From: an uncultured Verrucomicrobiales bacterium
GTDB taxonomy: Bacteria > Pseudomonadota > Alphaproteobacteria > Paracaedibacterales > CAIOTO01
Direction of reading: 5' to 3'
NCBI GenBank assembly: GCA_964478775.1
Contig: CAYZJC010000005.1
Location: forward strand, 8,848-71,590
Length of the DNA: 62,743 nucleotides
Shown piece by piece: positions 1 through 7,870 of the stretch. A model generated the notes under the pieces. That model saw nothing but the letters and a program-made list of their open reading frames with translations, made no database searches and was not told the DNA's origin. The position numbers and the translations under genes were made by a program. Each line of letters opens with the position of its first letter. Position 1 is the first letter of the stretch.

Positions 1-2369
1 ATATATACAGGAATCGCAACTGGCACATAAACATAATTTTCAACTGTAGGTGCTTGTGGAGGCATCACGTTTTGTGTGGAGCAAGGCTGACAGTATTGAG
101 TGGTTATTTGTGGTGCAATAGATTGAGAAGGGGGTTGTATTGCAGTAACGATGGCCGTTGAGACAGGAGGGGCACTGTTCGGTGTTGACGCACTATCAAG
201 TGCTGGCGTATGGTCAAGCGATGGCACCTCAGTTTTTTCTTCAGCCATTCCCGCTGCATCTGAAAGCCTAGGCTTTGAGTCGGTTTCAAGGAATGCTGTT
301 TGCAAAATTTCCGTTGATGACCCTAAAGGTTGTGCACCATTTGGTGATTTTTTAGCAGAATTTTCTGCGTTTTGTGCTAAAGCCGTTTCCCTTAGTGTAG
401 TTTGTTCTAAGGGGGCTGGCTGTGTGTGAAGTGCTGCGTTGGCATTCTCCACAACTTCAGCTTCAACTGCAGCGTTAGGTTCAACGTTAGTTTTTTCAAC
501 TGATCCTTCGGTGATAGCCTCTGTTTGAACTTTCTCTTGCTCAAGGGTTTGGGCTACACCTTTTTTCTTATCCACTTTTTTTGCAGAGGAAGTTTTCTTG
601 GTTGTAATTGGATTGGGTACAGCTGGGAAGTGTTCAGCAATGACAATGTCAGGGGTTGCAGCATTTTGTATGGCCGCATTATCTGGTATTTGATTTAAAG
701 CTCTACTTTGCGCAACGGGTTGTGGGGTGGCTTTTTCCTTTTTTGGTGCAGGTGTAAGCTTTTCAACTTTATTTTTGTGAGTTGATGGCAGGGTTGATGT
801 CTTTTTCTTTTCAGCTTTTTTTTCTACAAGGGTAAAGTCTGACAATTCAATCTCATCTGCAAGGGTTGTAATACCACTCAGCTCACTTGTTGATGTCGGT
901 GTGCTGACGAGAGGGGGCTGTTCATCTGACGTATCGCTTGCTGTATTGCCCACTGGTACGTTTTCTTCATAAAGTGGTTTAATGTTTTTGGGGCTTTGCT
1001 TTTTCTTCTTTTTAACTGTCGATGAATGACTTTTAAGAGCTGGTTTTTCATCTTGTAGGCTCCTTAATAATTCGTCTTCTTTTTCTTTTGCAATTTTACG
1101 TTGCGCCATTAACTTAATGATTTGAATCTCTTTTTTCTCGTCAATGATATCATACAAATTGGTAAAGAAAGTGTCCCACAACATAAGTGCGTGCATAATC
1201 AAATTAAGGTAGTTTTCTTTATCGGGCATTCTTAATATGCCTATCTTTTCAATACATGCGGGAGCATTCGTCTTTGTTTTAGATCGTTGCTTGAGGGGGA
1301 TGTAAGTTAAAACGTCCTTAAGATCTTCCATAAAGTGAGAGGTGAATTTTTGTTCACTATCAGATGCGAATGTTTTAAATTCCTCTTCATTAAGGTGATT
1401 GGCATAAGTTGCAAACCAAGTGGGTAGTAGCTGGGTGGAAATATCTTTTTTAATTTCGTAAAGGAGGTGTGCTTTATTGCAAGCAATAATGGGGTCTTCA
1501 GGGTCAAACGTAGCTTCACAAAGTTCAGTAAATGCGCGATCAAAGCTGATATAACAAGCAATTTCTTCGTTCATATAGTTTGCTGTTTTTGACGGTAAAA
1601 TATTTTGGAAATATATATAGGCTGATTTTTCTCTTGGTGTTTTCCTTTCGCTAAAATGTGTTTGCAAAATTAATAAGGCATTCTTTTTGTGTTGAACCAA
1701 CATATTGGGTGACGCAATATTTACATGTAAAAATGCGGCCAAGATGTTTTCAAAACGGTTCAGCATTGATTCAAGTTCAGGCGTTTTAAACAACGGATTG
1801 CCGCAATAATTAAAAAAATCAGTCTTTAAAAATTCGCTTACGTCTTTACTTGTGACTAATATATCATGTGTATTTTGGGTTTGAAGATGCGCATGAAATA
1901 CAAATGTTTTTAATAGTGTTTTTAAAAAATCATAAAGGTCGAGGTAATATTCAAATTGAATATGATTTATATCTTTAACAAATACATTGTTCTTATCTGA
2001 AAAAACCTTCGTTAAAAAACTGTTGATAAAATTGTCGGTAAAGGGCTTCTCAAAGTAAATAAGGTTTAATAACGAAAAGGCTGGGTGGATTGTTATATGA
2101 TTGTTTGTGCACGTTTGCTTATGCGTGTGTAGGAGTTGCTGTATAATAGACAATTCATCTGCAGTAAGGGTGCAAGTTGGGTTGGTGTATTGCAAGTAAT
2201 GCGCAGCGCTTAATTTTTGTGAGGATGGGGGATTGTCTATAACGCAGTATGGAGTTGTTAAGGAAATGGGTGTTCGTGCTGTTTCCATTTCCATTGCAAG
2301 GGAGTGATGAGAATAAAATAAAAATAAAATAAATAAAAATATTTTGATTTTTTGGTAATAATGTTTCAT
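1..2369 (-). CDS. Large secreted hypothetical protein. The 5' end is complete and the 3' end lies beyond the window (>=789 codons). Helical-looking N-terminal part followed by a K/P/T/A-rich low-complexity tail.
   Basis: Absent from the supplied ORF track because it is truncated at the window edge. I checked every triplet of this minus-strand frame from 2369 down to position 3 and found no stop. The ATG is at 2369-2367 and the nearest upstream in-frame stop is at 2391-2393. The N-terminus MKHYYQKIKIFLFILFLFYSHHSLA|MEME looks like a Sec signal peptide. No family recognised. Confidence 0.65.
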   Translation of the reverse strand, partial: MKHYYQKIKIFLFILFLFYSHHSLAMEMETARTPISLTTPYCVIDNPPSSQKLSAAHYLQYTNPTCTLTADELSIIQQLLHTHKQTCTNNHITIHPAFSLLNLIYFEKPFTDNFINSFLTKVFSDKNNVFVKDINHIQFEYYLDLYDFLKTLLKTFVFHAHLQTQNTHDILVTSKDVSEFLKTDFFNYCGNPLFKTPELESMLNRFENILAAFLHVNIASPNMLVQHKKNALLILQTHFSERKTPREKSAYIYFQNILPSKTANYMNEEIACYISFDRAFTELCEATFDPEDPIIACNKAHLLYEIKKDISTQLLPTWFATYANHLNEEEFKTFASDSEQKFTSHFMEDLKDVLTYIPLKQRSKTKTNAPACIEKIGILRMPDKENYLNLIMHALMLWDTFFTNLYDIIDEKKEIQIIKLMAQRKIAKEKEDELLRSLQDEKPALKSHSSTVKKKKKQSPKNIKPLYEENVPVGNTASDTSDEQPPLVSTPTSTSELSGITTLADEIELSDFTLVEKKAEKKKTSTLPSTHKNKVEKLTPAPKKEKATPQPVAQSRALNQIPDNAAIQNAATPDIVIAEHFPAVPNPITTKKTSSAKKVDKKKGVAQTLEQEKVQTEAITEGSVEKTNVEPNAAVEAEVVENANAALHTQPAPLEQTTLRETALAQNAENSAKKSPNGAQPLGSSTEILQTAFLETDSKPRLSDAAGMAEEKTEVPSLDHTPALDSASTPNSAPPVSTAIVTAIQPPSQSIAPQITTQYCQPCSTQNVMPPQAPTVENYVYVPVAIPVY

Positions 2370-2527
2370 GCTGACAGGCCTAATTTGAATTTAATAATTT
2401 TTTTTAACGAAACAAATGGGCAATGTCAAACGAAATCGTGCTTTTATGCATTTTGTTTTGCGTTAAAGCCTTAGGTATTAATAACTTTCAAGGAGGGACG
2501 GCCTTACATCATTCTTACATTTTTACT

Positions 2528-3280
2528 TTACCTGTTCTTTTTCTTCTTTTTCTTTTTCTTCTTTTTCTCTTGTGCTTTTTGCGGTGAAATAGGGGTGCAT
2601 TTAGGGGCAGGCATGACGTATTCTTCCCCTAGGCAGATCGCTGTTTTAGAAGGTAAGTCATCGCCTTCAGGTTCTTCTATTAACCTGGTTGATAAGATGT
2701 ATTTCACTTGTGCCTCAACTTGTGCATCACGTTCATTTTCACCTTCAACGTACAATATAGCGGGTGGGTCAAATTCAGGTTCCATATACATCATCGTTTT
2801 GGGTGCTTCTTCTTGTTGATTCACTAACAAGGTTGCAGCTTCACGTTCGACATCTTGAATGAGTGTTGTAACACCAGCTTGCTCGGTATTATCCCCCTCT
2901 GCTTGTTGTCCATCAGTAGCCCTTGTTGAAAATTGTTCTTCCTTTTCTATGGCCAATACGACTGATGCTTCATTTTCTTGCGGTTCCGGGATAAGTGTCG
3001 TGATCTGAGTGGCTGGCACTGCACTGGGGTCTTCTTCTGTTTCATTTTCACCACTTTTCACCAATGTAGTCGGTTGAAAGACTGGTGTTATGAGGTTTAA
3101 AACTGATGACATAAAACTGCTTGGTTTATCGCCAGATGCGGTTTCAGAATCTATAGGTGCGGCAGGAGGAGGGGGCTCTTGCGCATGAGTGGTTGTTGAC
3201 AAACATAAAAAGGGCAAAACAAAAACAATTTTAATTAAAAACTTATATTTTTGTGGTTGCGTCATTTTAAAGATATACAT
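2528..3280 (-). CDS. Secreted acidic hypothetical protein with a C-terminal deca-lysine tail
   Basis: 250-aa ORF. The N-terminus KYKFLIKIVFVLPFLCLSTTTHA|QEPPP is signal-peptide-like. The mature part is E/D/T/P/Q-rich. The C-terminus is ...AQEKKKKKKKKKKNR, with 10 Lys encoded by alternating AAA/AAG. No family recognised. Confidence 0.55.
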   Translation of the reverse strand: MYIFKMTQPQKYKFLIKIVFVLPFLCLSTTTHAQEPPPPAAPIDSETASGDKPSSFMSSVLNLITPVFQPTTLVKSGENETEEDPSAVPATQITTLIPEPQENEASVVLAIEKEEQFSTRATDGQQAEGDNTEQAGVTTLIQDVEREAATLLVNQQEEAPKTMMYMEPEFDPPAILYVEGENERDAQVEAQVKYILSTRLIEEPEGDDLPSKTAICLGEEYVMPAPKCTPISPQKAQEKKKKKKKKKKNR

Positions 3281-3304
3281 AAAAGTTTCTTTCCGCGTGC
3301 AAAG

Positions 3305-3856
3305 TTACTGTAAGTCTGGTGATGGTTTATCATCCAATAATGTTGGGGCGTCAATTCCTTTAGGAGGCATAAACAAAACCATTGGTAAGTTGGGGTGGTA
3401 GTCATAGCTTGGCCCAGGTGGGTCAATAGTGATTGAAGGAAGGCCAGTCTGGTCGTACGGGTCATAGGCTTTTACAGTTGCCTGCACCTTAGCGGGCTTT
3501 GGCAATGGCTTTGGTAATGCTTGTGGTGTTTTAGGTGAAGCCGCTTTCGCAAGAACAGGTAGTGACGCAAGTGCTGCCTTTTTCTTCTGTTTTTCTTTTT
3601 TGGGTGCCAGCTTGCTTACCGACTTCACCATTTTCTTTGCCTGTTTCATAGGAGCCTTGGCTGCTTTTTTCAACTTCTTTGAAACGCTACCAATACCTTT
3701 TTTTTTCTTTTTTTTATTTTTTTTATCTGGATTACCTGTATCCGCTTTTTCATTAAGGCGTTGGTCATTATTAGCTGCATAAGACATAAAAGCTGTAAAT
3801 GTAAAACTTACAATAATGAAGAAGCTATATTTTTTTAACGTACCCAAAAAGCTCAT
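3305..3856 (-). CDS. Secreted Lys/Pro/Ala-rich (histone-H1-tail-like) hypothetical protein
   Basis: 183-aa ORF. The hydrophobic N-terminus is YSFFIIVSFTFTAFMSYA|ANND. It is followed by KKNKKKKKKG, KKLKKAAKAPMKQAKKMVK, APKKEKQKKKAAL and LPKPLPKPAK tracts, and a Pro/Asp/Tyr-rich C-terminus. No family recognised. Confidence 0.55.
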   Translation of the reverse strand: MSFLGTLKKYSFFIIVSFTFTAFMSYAANNDQRLNEKADTGNPDKKNKKKKKKGIGSVSKKLKKAAKAPMKQAKKMVKSVSKLAPKKEKQKKKAALASLPVLAKAASPKTPQALPKPLPKPAKVQATVKAYDPYDQTGLPSITIDPPGPSYDYHPNLPMVLFMPPKGIDAPTLLDDKPSPDLQ

Positions 3857-3877
3857 TTTTAAAAAGAACCATCCCTT

Positions 3878-4753
3878 TTATTGTTTGTGTGTATTTTGAT
3901 AAACTTGATTTTTCTTGATGTCATTCACTAAGCCAGCAAGAGAAGGTTTCTGTGGTGGTTGTGTCACATTTGCCTCGGGTTTTGGATCTTCTGCTTTTGG
4001 CGCAGGCGCAGGCGCAGCTGCTGGTTCATTTTTTTTCTTAGCTTTACCTGGTTTAGGCGTCTTATTTTCCTGATTGATATGCTTATCAAATTTTTCATTG
4101 TCTTTAGTTAGCGCGTCGAGTTTTTTATCTATCTCAGCAATATCTTTAATATTGCTTTCTCTGTCTTTCTTTTCGTCTGTTAATAACTTAATCAGCCCTT
4201 CACGTTCACTTTTACTCATTTCATAGACTTCTTTGAGTTGGTCTGTGACTTTGTTTAAGCTTTCAAGCAACCCTTGTCGTTTTTTGTTAAGAATAATCAA
4301 TATCTCCTCATTCTTTTTAAAATAGGCTTCTATAACATCTTTCCCGCTTTGCAGCTTAGCGGGGGGAGTTTCTTTTTCAGCATTCTTTTTAGGGGAAGGC
4401 TTGGTCGTCGTACTTTTCTTTAAATTCTTTTTAGCTTTTTTTGCGGGGGGTGAATCGGTGTGATTATTCTCTGAACTGTTTTCCCTGCCTCTTTTCACTG
4501 CTGCCTTTTTCGGTGTTGAGTTTTGAGTTTGTTCATCCTGAAATAAATTATCAAACATTGTAAATTCATCACTTTGTGCAATACAATCATTTCCAGTGAG
4601 GAATGTCATTGCCATTAGACAGCACCATAGAGATAGACCTTTTCTTTTATTATTGTTAAGTACCTCAACAGCAGTCATGTTGGCTTGATTTATAATTTGC
4701 ATATCCATTTTCTTCTTCATTCCTTTGCAGGGTTTCTTATTGCGTCCTCGCAC
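3878..4753 (-). CDS. Secreted Lys-rich coiled-coil hypothetical protein
   Basis: 291-aa ORF. The hydrophobic segment GLSLWCCLMAMTFLTGNDCIA|QSD follows a basic N-region; the start could be the internal MKKKMDM. It has a PPAKKAKKNLKK / PSPKK tract, a central heptad-like K/E/L-rich region, an APAPAPKAEDPKPE tract and the C-terminus ...PSLAGLVNDIKKNQVYQNTHKQ. Confidence 0.55.
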   Translation of the reverse strand: MRGRNKKPCKGMKKKMDMQIINQANMTAVEVLNNNKRKGLSLWCCLMAMTFLTGNDCIAQSDEFTMFDNLFQDEQTQNSTPKKAAVKRGRENSSENNHTDSPPAKKAKKNLKKSTTTKPSPKKNAEKETPPAKLQSGKDVIEAYFKKNEEILIILNKKRQGLLESLNKVTDQLKEVYEMSKSEREGLIKLLTDEKKDRESNIKDIAEIDKKLDALTKDNEKFDKHINQENKTPKPGKAKKKNEPAAAPAPAPKAEDPKPEANVTQPPQKPSLAGLVNDIKKNQVYQNTHKQ

Positions 4754-4758
4754 ACTTT

Positions 4759-5508
4759 TTATCTTTTACTAAACCAACCTGTTTTGGGTTGTGTTTGAGC
4801 TATCGTTTTATTTTGCTGAGTGCTTAAGTTCTTGTTGTTTTTTGCAACTGCATTTGCAGCAGCTTTTCTAGCACTATTATCTGACTTTTGTTGGTTTGTT
4901 AATTGCTTTTGTTTATTTGTATAAAATTTAAGTTCTTCTTTTTTTTGCCCCAACTCAGAACCTAATACCTTAATTTGATTTGCTAAATTAGTAATATCGT
5001 TATTTAACATGGAAATAATTTCATTGGCATTTTGCATTTGCTGCTGCATGGCATATTGGTCTTGTTGCATAAGTTCTTGCAGACGACCATTCGAATTTGG
5101 CCCCATGTTTTGCATGCCGTTATTGTAACCTTGGTTAAAATTTCCACCGCCTGGTGCGCCGTTGAAACCACCATTGGAGCCACCACCAAAGTTGTTATTA
5201 TTTTGGCCGAAGTTTCCACCACCGTTAAAGCCACCACCGCCTGGTGCGCCGCCGAAACCACCATTGGGGGCACCACCAAAGTTGTTATTGTTATTAAAGT
5301 TGTTGCTGGGGGGGGCAAAGCCGCCGCCGCCTGGTGCGCCGCCGAAACTGCCATTGGGGGCACCACCACCGCCATAGTTATTGCTTTGGCCATAGTTTCC
5401 ACCGCCTCCACCGCTGCTTCCACCACTAAAGCCACCAAATCTACTGCCGCCACTACAGTATGGTATAAGCAATGTCATTATAAGAAGGCATTTAAGTACA
5501 AAGTGCAT
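4759..5508 (-). CDS. Secreted Gly/Asn-rich (FG-dipeptide repeat) protein with a Q/N-rich coiled-coil C-terminus
   Basis: 249-aa ORF. The N-terminus is MHFVLKCLLIMTLLIPYCSGG. About 115 aa of G/N/F/A/P repeats follow (GGAPNGSFGGAPGGGGF...), then QELMQQDQYAMQQQMQNANEIISMLNNDITNLANQIKVLGSELGQKKEELK. No family recognised. Confidence 0.55.
   Translation of the reverse strand: MHFVLKCLLIMTLLIPYCSGGSRFGGFSGGSSGGGGGNYGQSNNYGGGGAPNGSFGGAPGGGGFAPPSNNFNNNNNFGGAPNGGFGGAPGGGGFNGGGNFGQNNNNFGGGSNGGFNGAPGGGNFNQGYNNGMQNMGPNSNGRLQELMQQDQYAMQQQMQNANEIISMLNNDITNLANQIKVLGSELGQKKEELKFYTNKQKQLTNQQKSDNSARKAAANAVAKNNKNLSTQQNKTIAQTQPKTGWFSKR
5147..5416 (-). repeat. Three imperfect tandem copies of a 90-bp (30-aa) unit inside the Gly/Asn-rich gene
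   Basis: The core cgcctggtgcgccgccgaaaccaccattgggggcaccacc recurs with an exact 90-bp period; ctggtgcgcc occurs at 5151, 5241 and 5331. The peptide units are roughly GGAPNG(S/G)FGGAPGGGGF-x13. Confidence 0.85.
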
Positions 5509-5797
5509 GTGTTGACCAATAACAATATATAGGAATCTTATAGCAATATTGTATCAACCTAAATCTTGCGAAAAGGTTAATTTAATTGAAAAAATATTTA
5601 AAACTAATGTTTTATGCTTTACCCATAGTCCTATGCCTATTTAAATTCATTTAAAGGAATAAAATTTTTCCTTCATAAAACAGGCCTTCTTGAAACAATT
5701 GCATTTTAACTACATTCACATGTAGAATGTAGCATAATAAAGTCCGTTTTTTATCGGGCAACTTAATAAACAAATTGCGAATACAAAGGAATGTTTT

Positions 5798-7099
5798 ATG
5801 CGCTTGTCTCACTATTTCTTACCAACTTTAAAAGAAACACCGGCAGAAGCACAAATCGCCTCACACCGCTTAATGCTGCGCGCTGGGCTTGTGAACCAAT
5901 GCGCATCTGGTTTATATTCATGGCTGCCTATGGGGCAACGCGTTTTAAAGAATATTGAAAACATTATTGAAAAAGAACAAGACGTTATTGGTTGTCATCG
6001 CGTGATTATGCCAACACTACAACCTGCAAGCTTGTGGATTGAAAGTGGCAGATACGAAGACTACGGCAAGGAAATGCTGCGTGTGAAAGACCGCCATGAC
6101 CGCGATTTATTGTTTGGCCCAACCAACGAAGAAGTGATTACTGATGTTGTCAGGCAATACATTAAAAGCTATCGCGACTTACCACAAACTTTATACCAAA
6201 TTACCTGGAAGTTCAGAGACGAAATCCGCCCACGCTTTGGTGTGATGAGAGGGCGTGAATTTTTGATGAAGGACGGCTATTCTTTTGATATTGACTACGA
6301 TTCAGCCAGGGCCACTTATAAAAAGATATTTGAAAGCTATATTAGAACCTTTGCAAAAATGGGTCTTGCTGCTATTCCTGTGCGGGCTGACTCTGGTGCT
6401 ATTGGTGGTGACCTTAGTCATGAATTTCAAATTATGGCCGAAACAGGCGAGAGCACCATTTACTATGATGGGGCGTATGATGACCTATCCACAAACGAAA
6501 AAACATTTGAAAGACTGCAAGACATTTATACTGCAGCTGATGAAATGCATGATGCAGATAATTGCCCAGTGCCACAAGACCGCTTAAAGTCTGCACGCGG
6601 CATTGAAGTGGGGCACATCTTTTATTTTGGGCAAAAGTATTCTAAAGCTATGAACCTTAAAGTCGTTGGGCCAGATAGCCAAAACATTATTCCAGAAATG
6701 GGCTCATATGGTATTGGGGTTTCACGTCTTGTGGGCGCAATTATTGAAGCCCACCATGATGACAATGGGATTATATGGCCGGAAGCTATCGCACCCTTTC
6801 AAGTGGGTCTCCTTCAATTGCAATTAGAAGACGAAGCTGTCGTAACCCTTTCGCAAGATATCTACAATCAGCTTAATCAAGCGGGAGTGAGTGTATTGTG
6901 GGACGATAGAAATGAAAGACCAGGTGCTAAATTTGCCAATATGGATCTTATCGGTCTTCCACATCAACTTATTATTGGTGCTAAGTCATTACAAGAAGGT
7001 AAAGTTGAATATAAAAATAGAAAGACGAATGAGCGAACCTTGTTGAACGTTTCAGATATTCCTGCATGGATTAATGAACGTGCAAAAGCTATAGCGTAG
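5798..7099 (+). CDS. proS: Prolyl-tRNA synthetase (short type without the INS editing domain)
   Basis: 433 aa. The N-terminus is [31 protein letters not shown]. Class-II motifs present: [25 protein letters not shown] and [16 protein letters not shown]. Confidence 0.95.
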   Translation: MRLSHYFLPTLKETPAEAQIASHRLMLRAGLVNQCASGLYSWLPMGQRVLKNIENIIEKEQDVIGCHRVIMPTLQPASLWIESGRYEDYGKEMLRVKDRHDRDLLFGPTNEEVITDVVRQYIKSYRDLPQTLYQITWKFRDEIRPRFGVMRGREFLMKDGYSFDIDYDSARATYKKIFESYIRTFAKMGLAAIPVRADSGAIGGDLSHEFQIMAETGESTIYYDGAYDDLSTNEKTFERLQDIYTAADEMHDADNCPVPQDRLKSARGIEVGHIFYFGQKYSKAMNLKVVGPDSQNIIPEMGSYGIGVSRLVGAIIEAHHDDNGIIWPEAIAPFQVGLLQLQLEDEAVVTLSQDIYNQLNQAGVSVLWDDRNERPGAKFANMDLIGLPHQLIIGAKSLQEGKVEYKNRKTNERTLLNVSDIPAWINERAKAIA

Positions 7100-7132
7100 T
7101 CTTTAATAGTAAGAATCAAAAATAGACATAAC

Positions 7133-7858
7133 ATGACACAATTTAAAAAACCTGATAAGGTCACAAAGCTCAACAGCAAGAAGAAGCGCACAAATTCGTC
7201 AAGGCAATGGCTGCTAAGGCAGCTCAATGACCCGTTTGTTGCTGCCGCAAAAAAAGAAGGCTACCGTTCCAGGGCTGCTTTTAAGCTTGTTGAAATTCAA
7301 GACAAATATAAATTAATGCGACGCGCAAGCCGCGTGCTAGACCTTGGGGCGGCACCTGGGGGTTGGTGTCAGGTTGCTATTAAAATTGTTGGCGATAGCG
7401 GCCATGTCATTGGGGTTGACTTAACAGATATTGAACCCATAGCAGGTGTGCACTTTATTCATGGTGACTTTTTAGATGAAGGCATTCAACAACAAATCAT
7501 CACAGCGTTTGATGGTAATAAAGCCCACGTCATTATGAGTGATATGGCAGCAAAAGCCTGCGGTATTCCTGAAGTTGACCACTTAAGGCTTATGGATTTG
7601 CTTGAAAATTCTTACCTGTTTGCGCTAGATCACCTAGAAGCAGGGGGGCACTTTGTCGCCAAAGTATTGCGTGGGGGGACAGAACACAATTTACTAAAGC
7701 AACTCAAGTCAAGTTTTGCAAAAGTGCACCACTTTAAACCAGATTCGAGTAGGTCAGAGTCAGCAGAGCTTTATATGGTTGCACTTGGTTACAAACCAAG
7801 CAAAAATAAAACAATGCGTGCAGATAACCTAACCCAAGCAGATATTGAAAACGCTTAA
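7133..7858 (+). CDS. rlmE: 23S rRNA (uridine-2'-O)-methyltransferase RlmE/FtsJ
   Basis: SSRQWLLRQLNDPFV..GYRSRAAFKLVEI, the SAM-binding motif LDLGAAPGGWCQV, and VIMSDMAAKACG. Lies immediately downstream of proS. Confidence 0.9.
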   Translation: MTQFKKPDKVTKLNSKKKRTNSSRQWLLRQLNDPFVAAAKKEGYRSRAAFKLVEIQDKYKLMRRASRVLDLGAAPGGWCQVAIKIVGDSGHVIGVDLTDIEPIAGVHFIHGDFLDEGIQQQIITAFDGNKAHVIMSDMAAKACGIPEVDHLRLMDLLENSYLFALDHLEAGGHFVAKVLRGGTEHNLLKQLKSSFAKVHHFKPDSSRSESAELYMVALGYKPSKNKTMRADNLTQADIENA

Positions 7859-7870
7859 GGAGCCAAGCAG

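Noticed and set aside
5004-5532. Three additional long ORFs (5004..5453 minus, 5032..5532 plus, 5162..5377 plus) overlapping the Gly/Asn-rich gene
   Set aside because: They are by-products of the GC-rich, stop-poor repeat DNA (GGN/CCN periodicity). Only the 4759..5508 frame has a signal-like N-terminus, a non-repetitive coiled-coil C-terminus and the same orientation and spacing as its neighbours.
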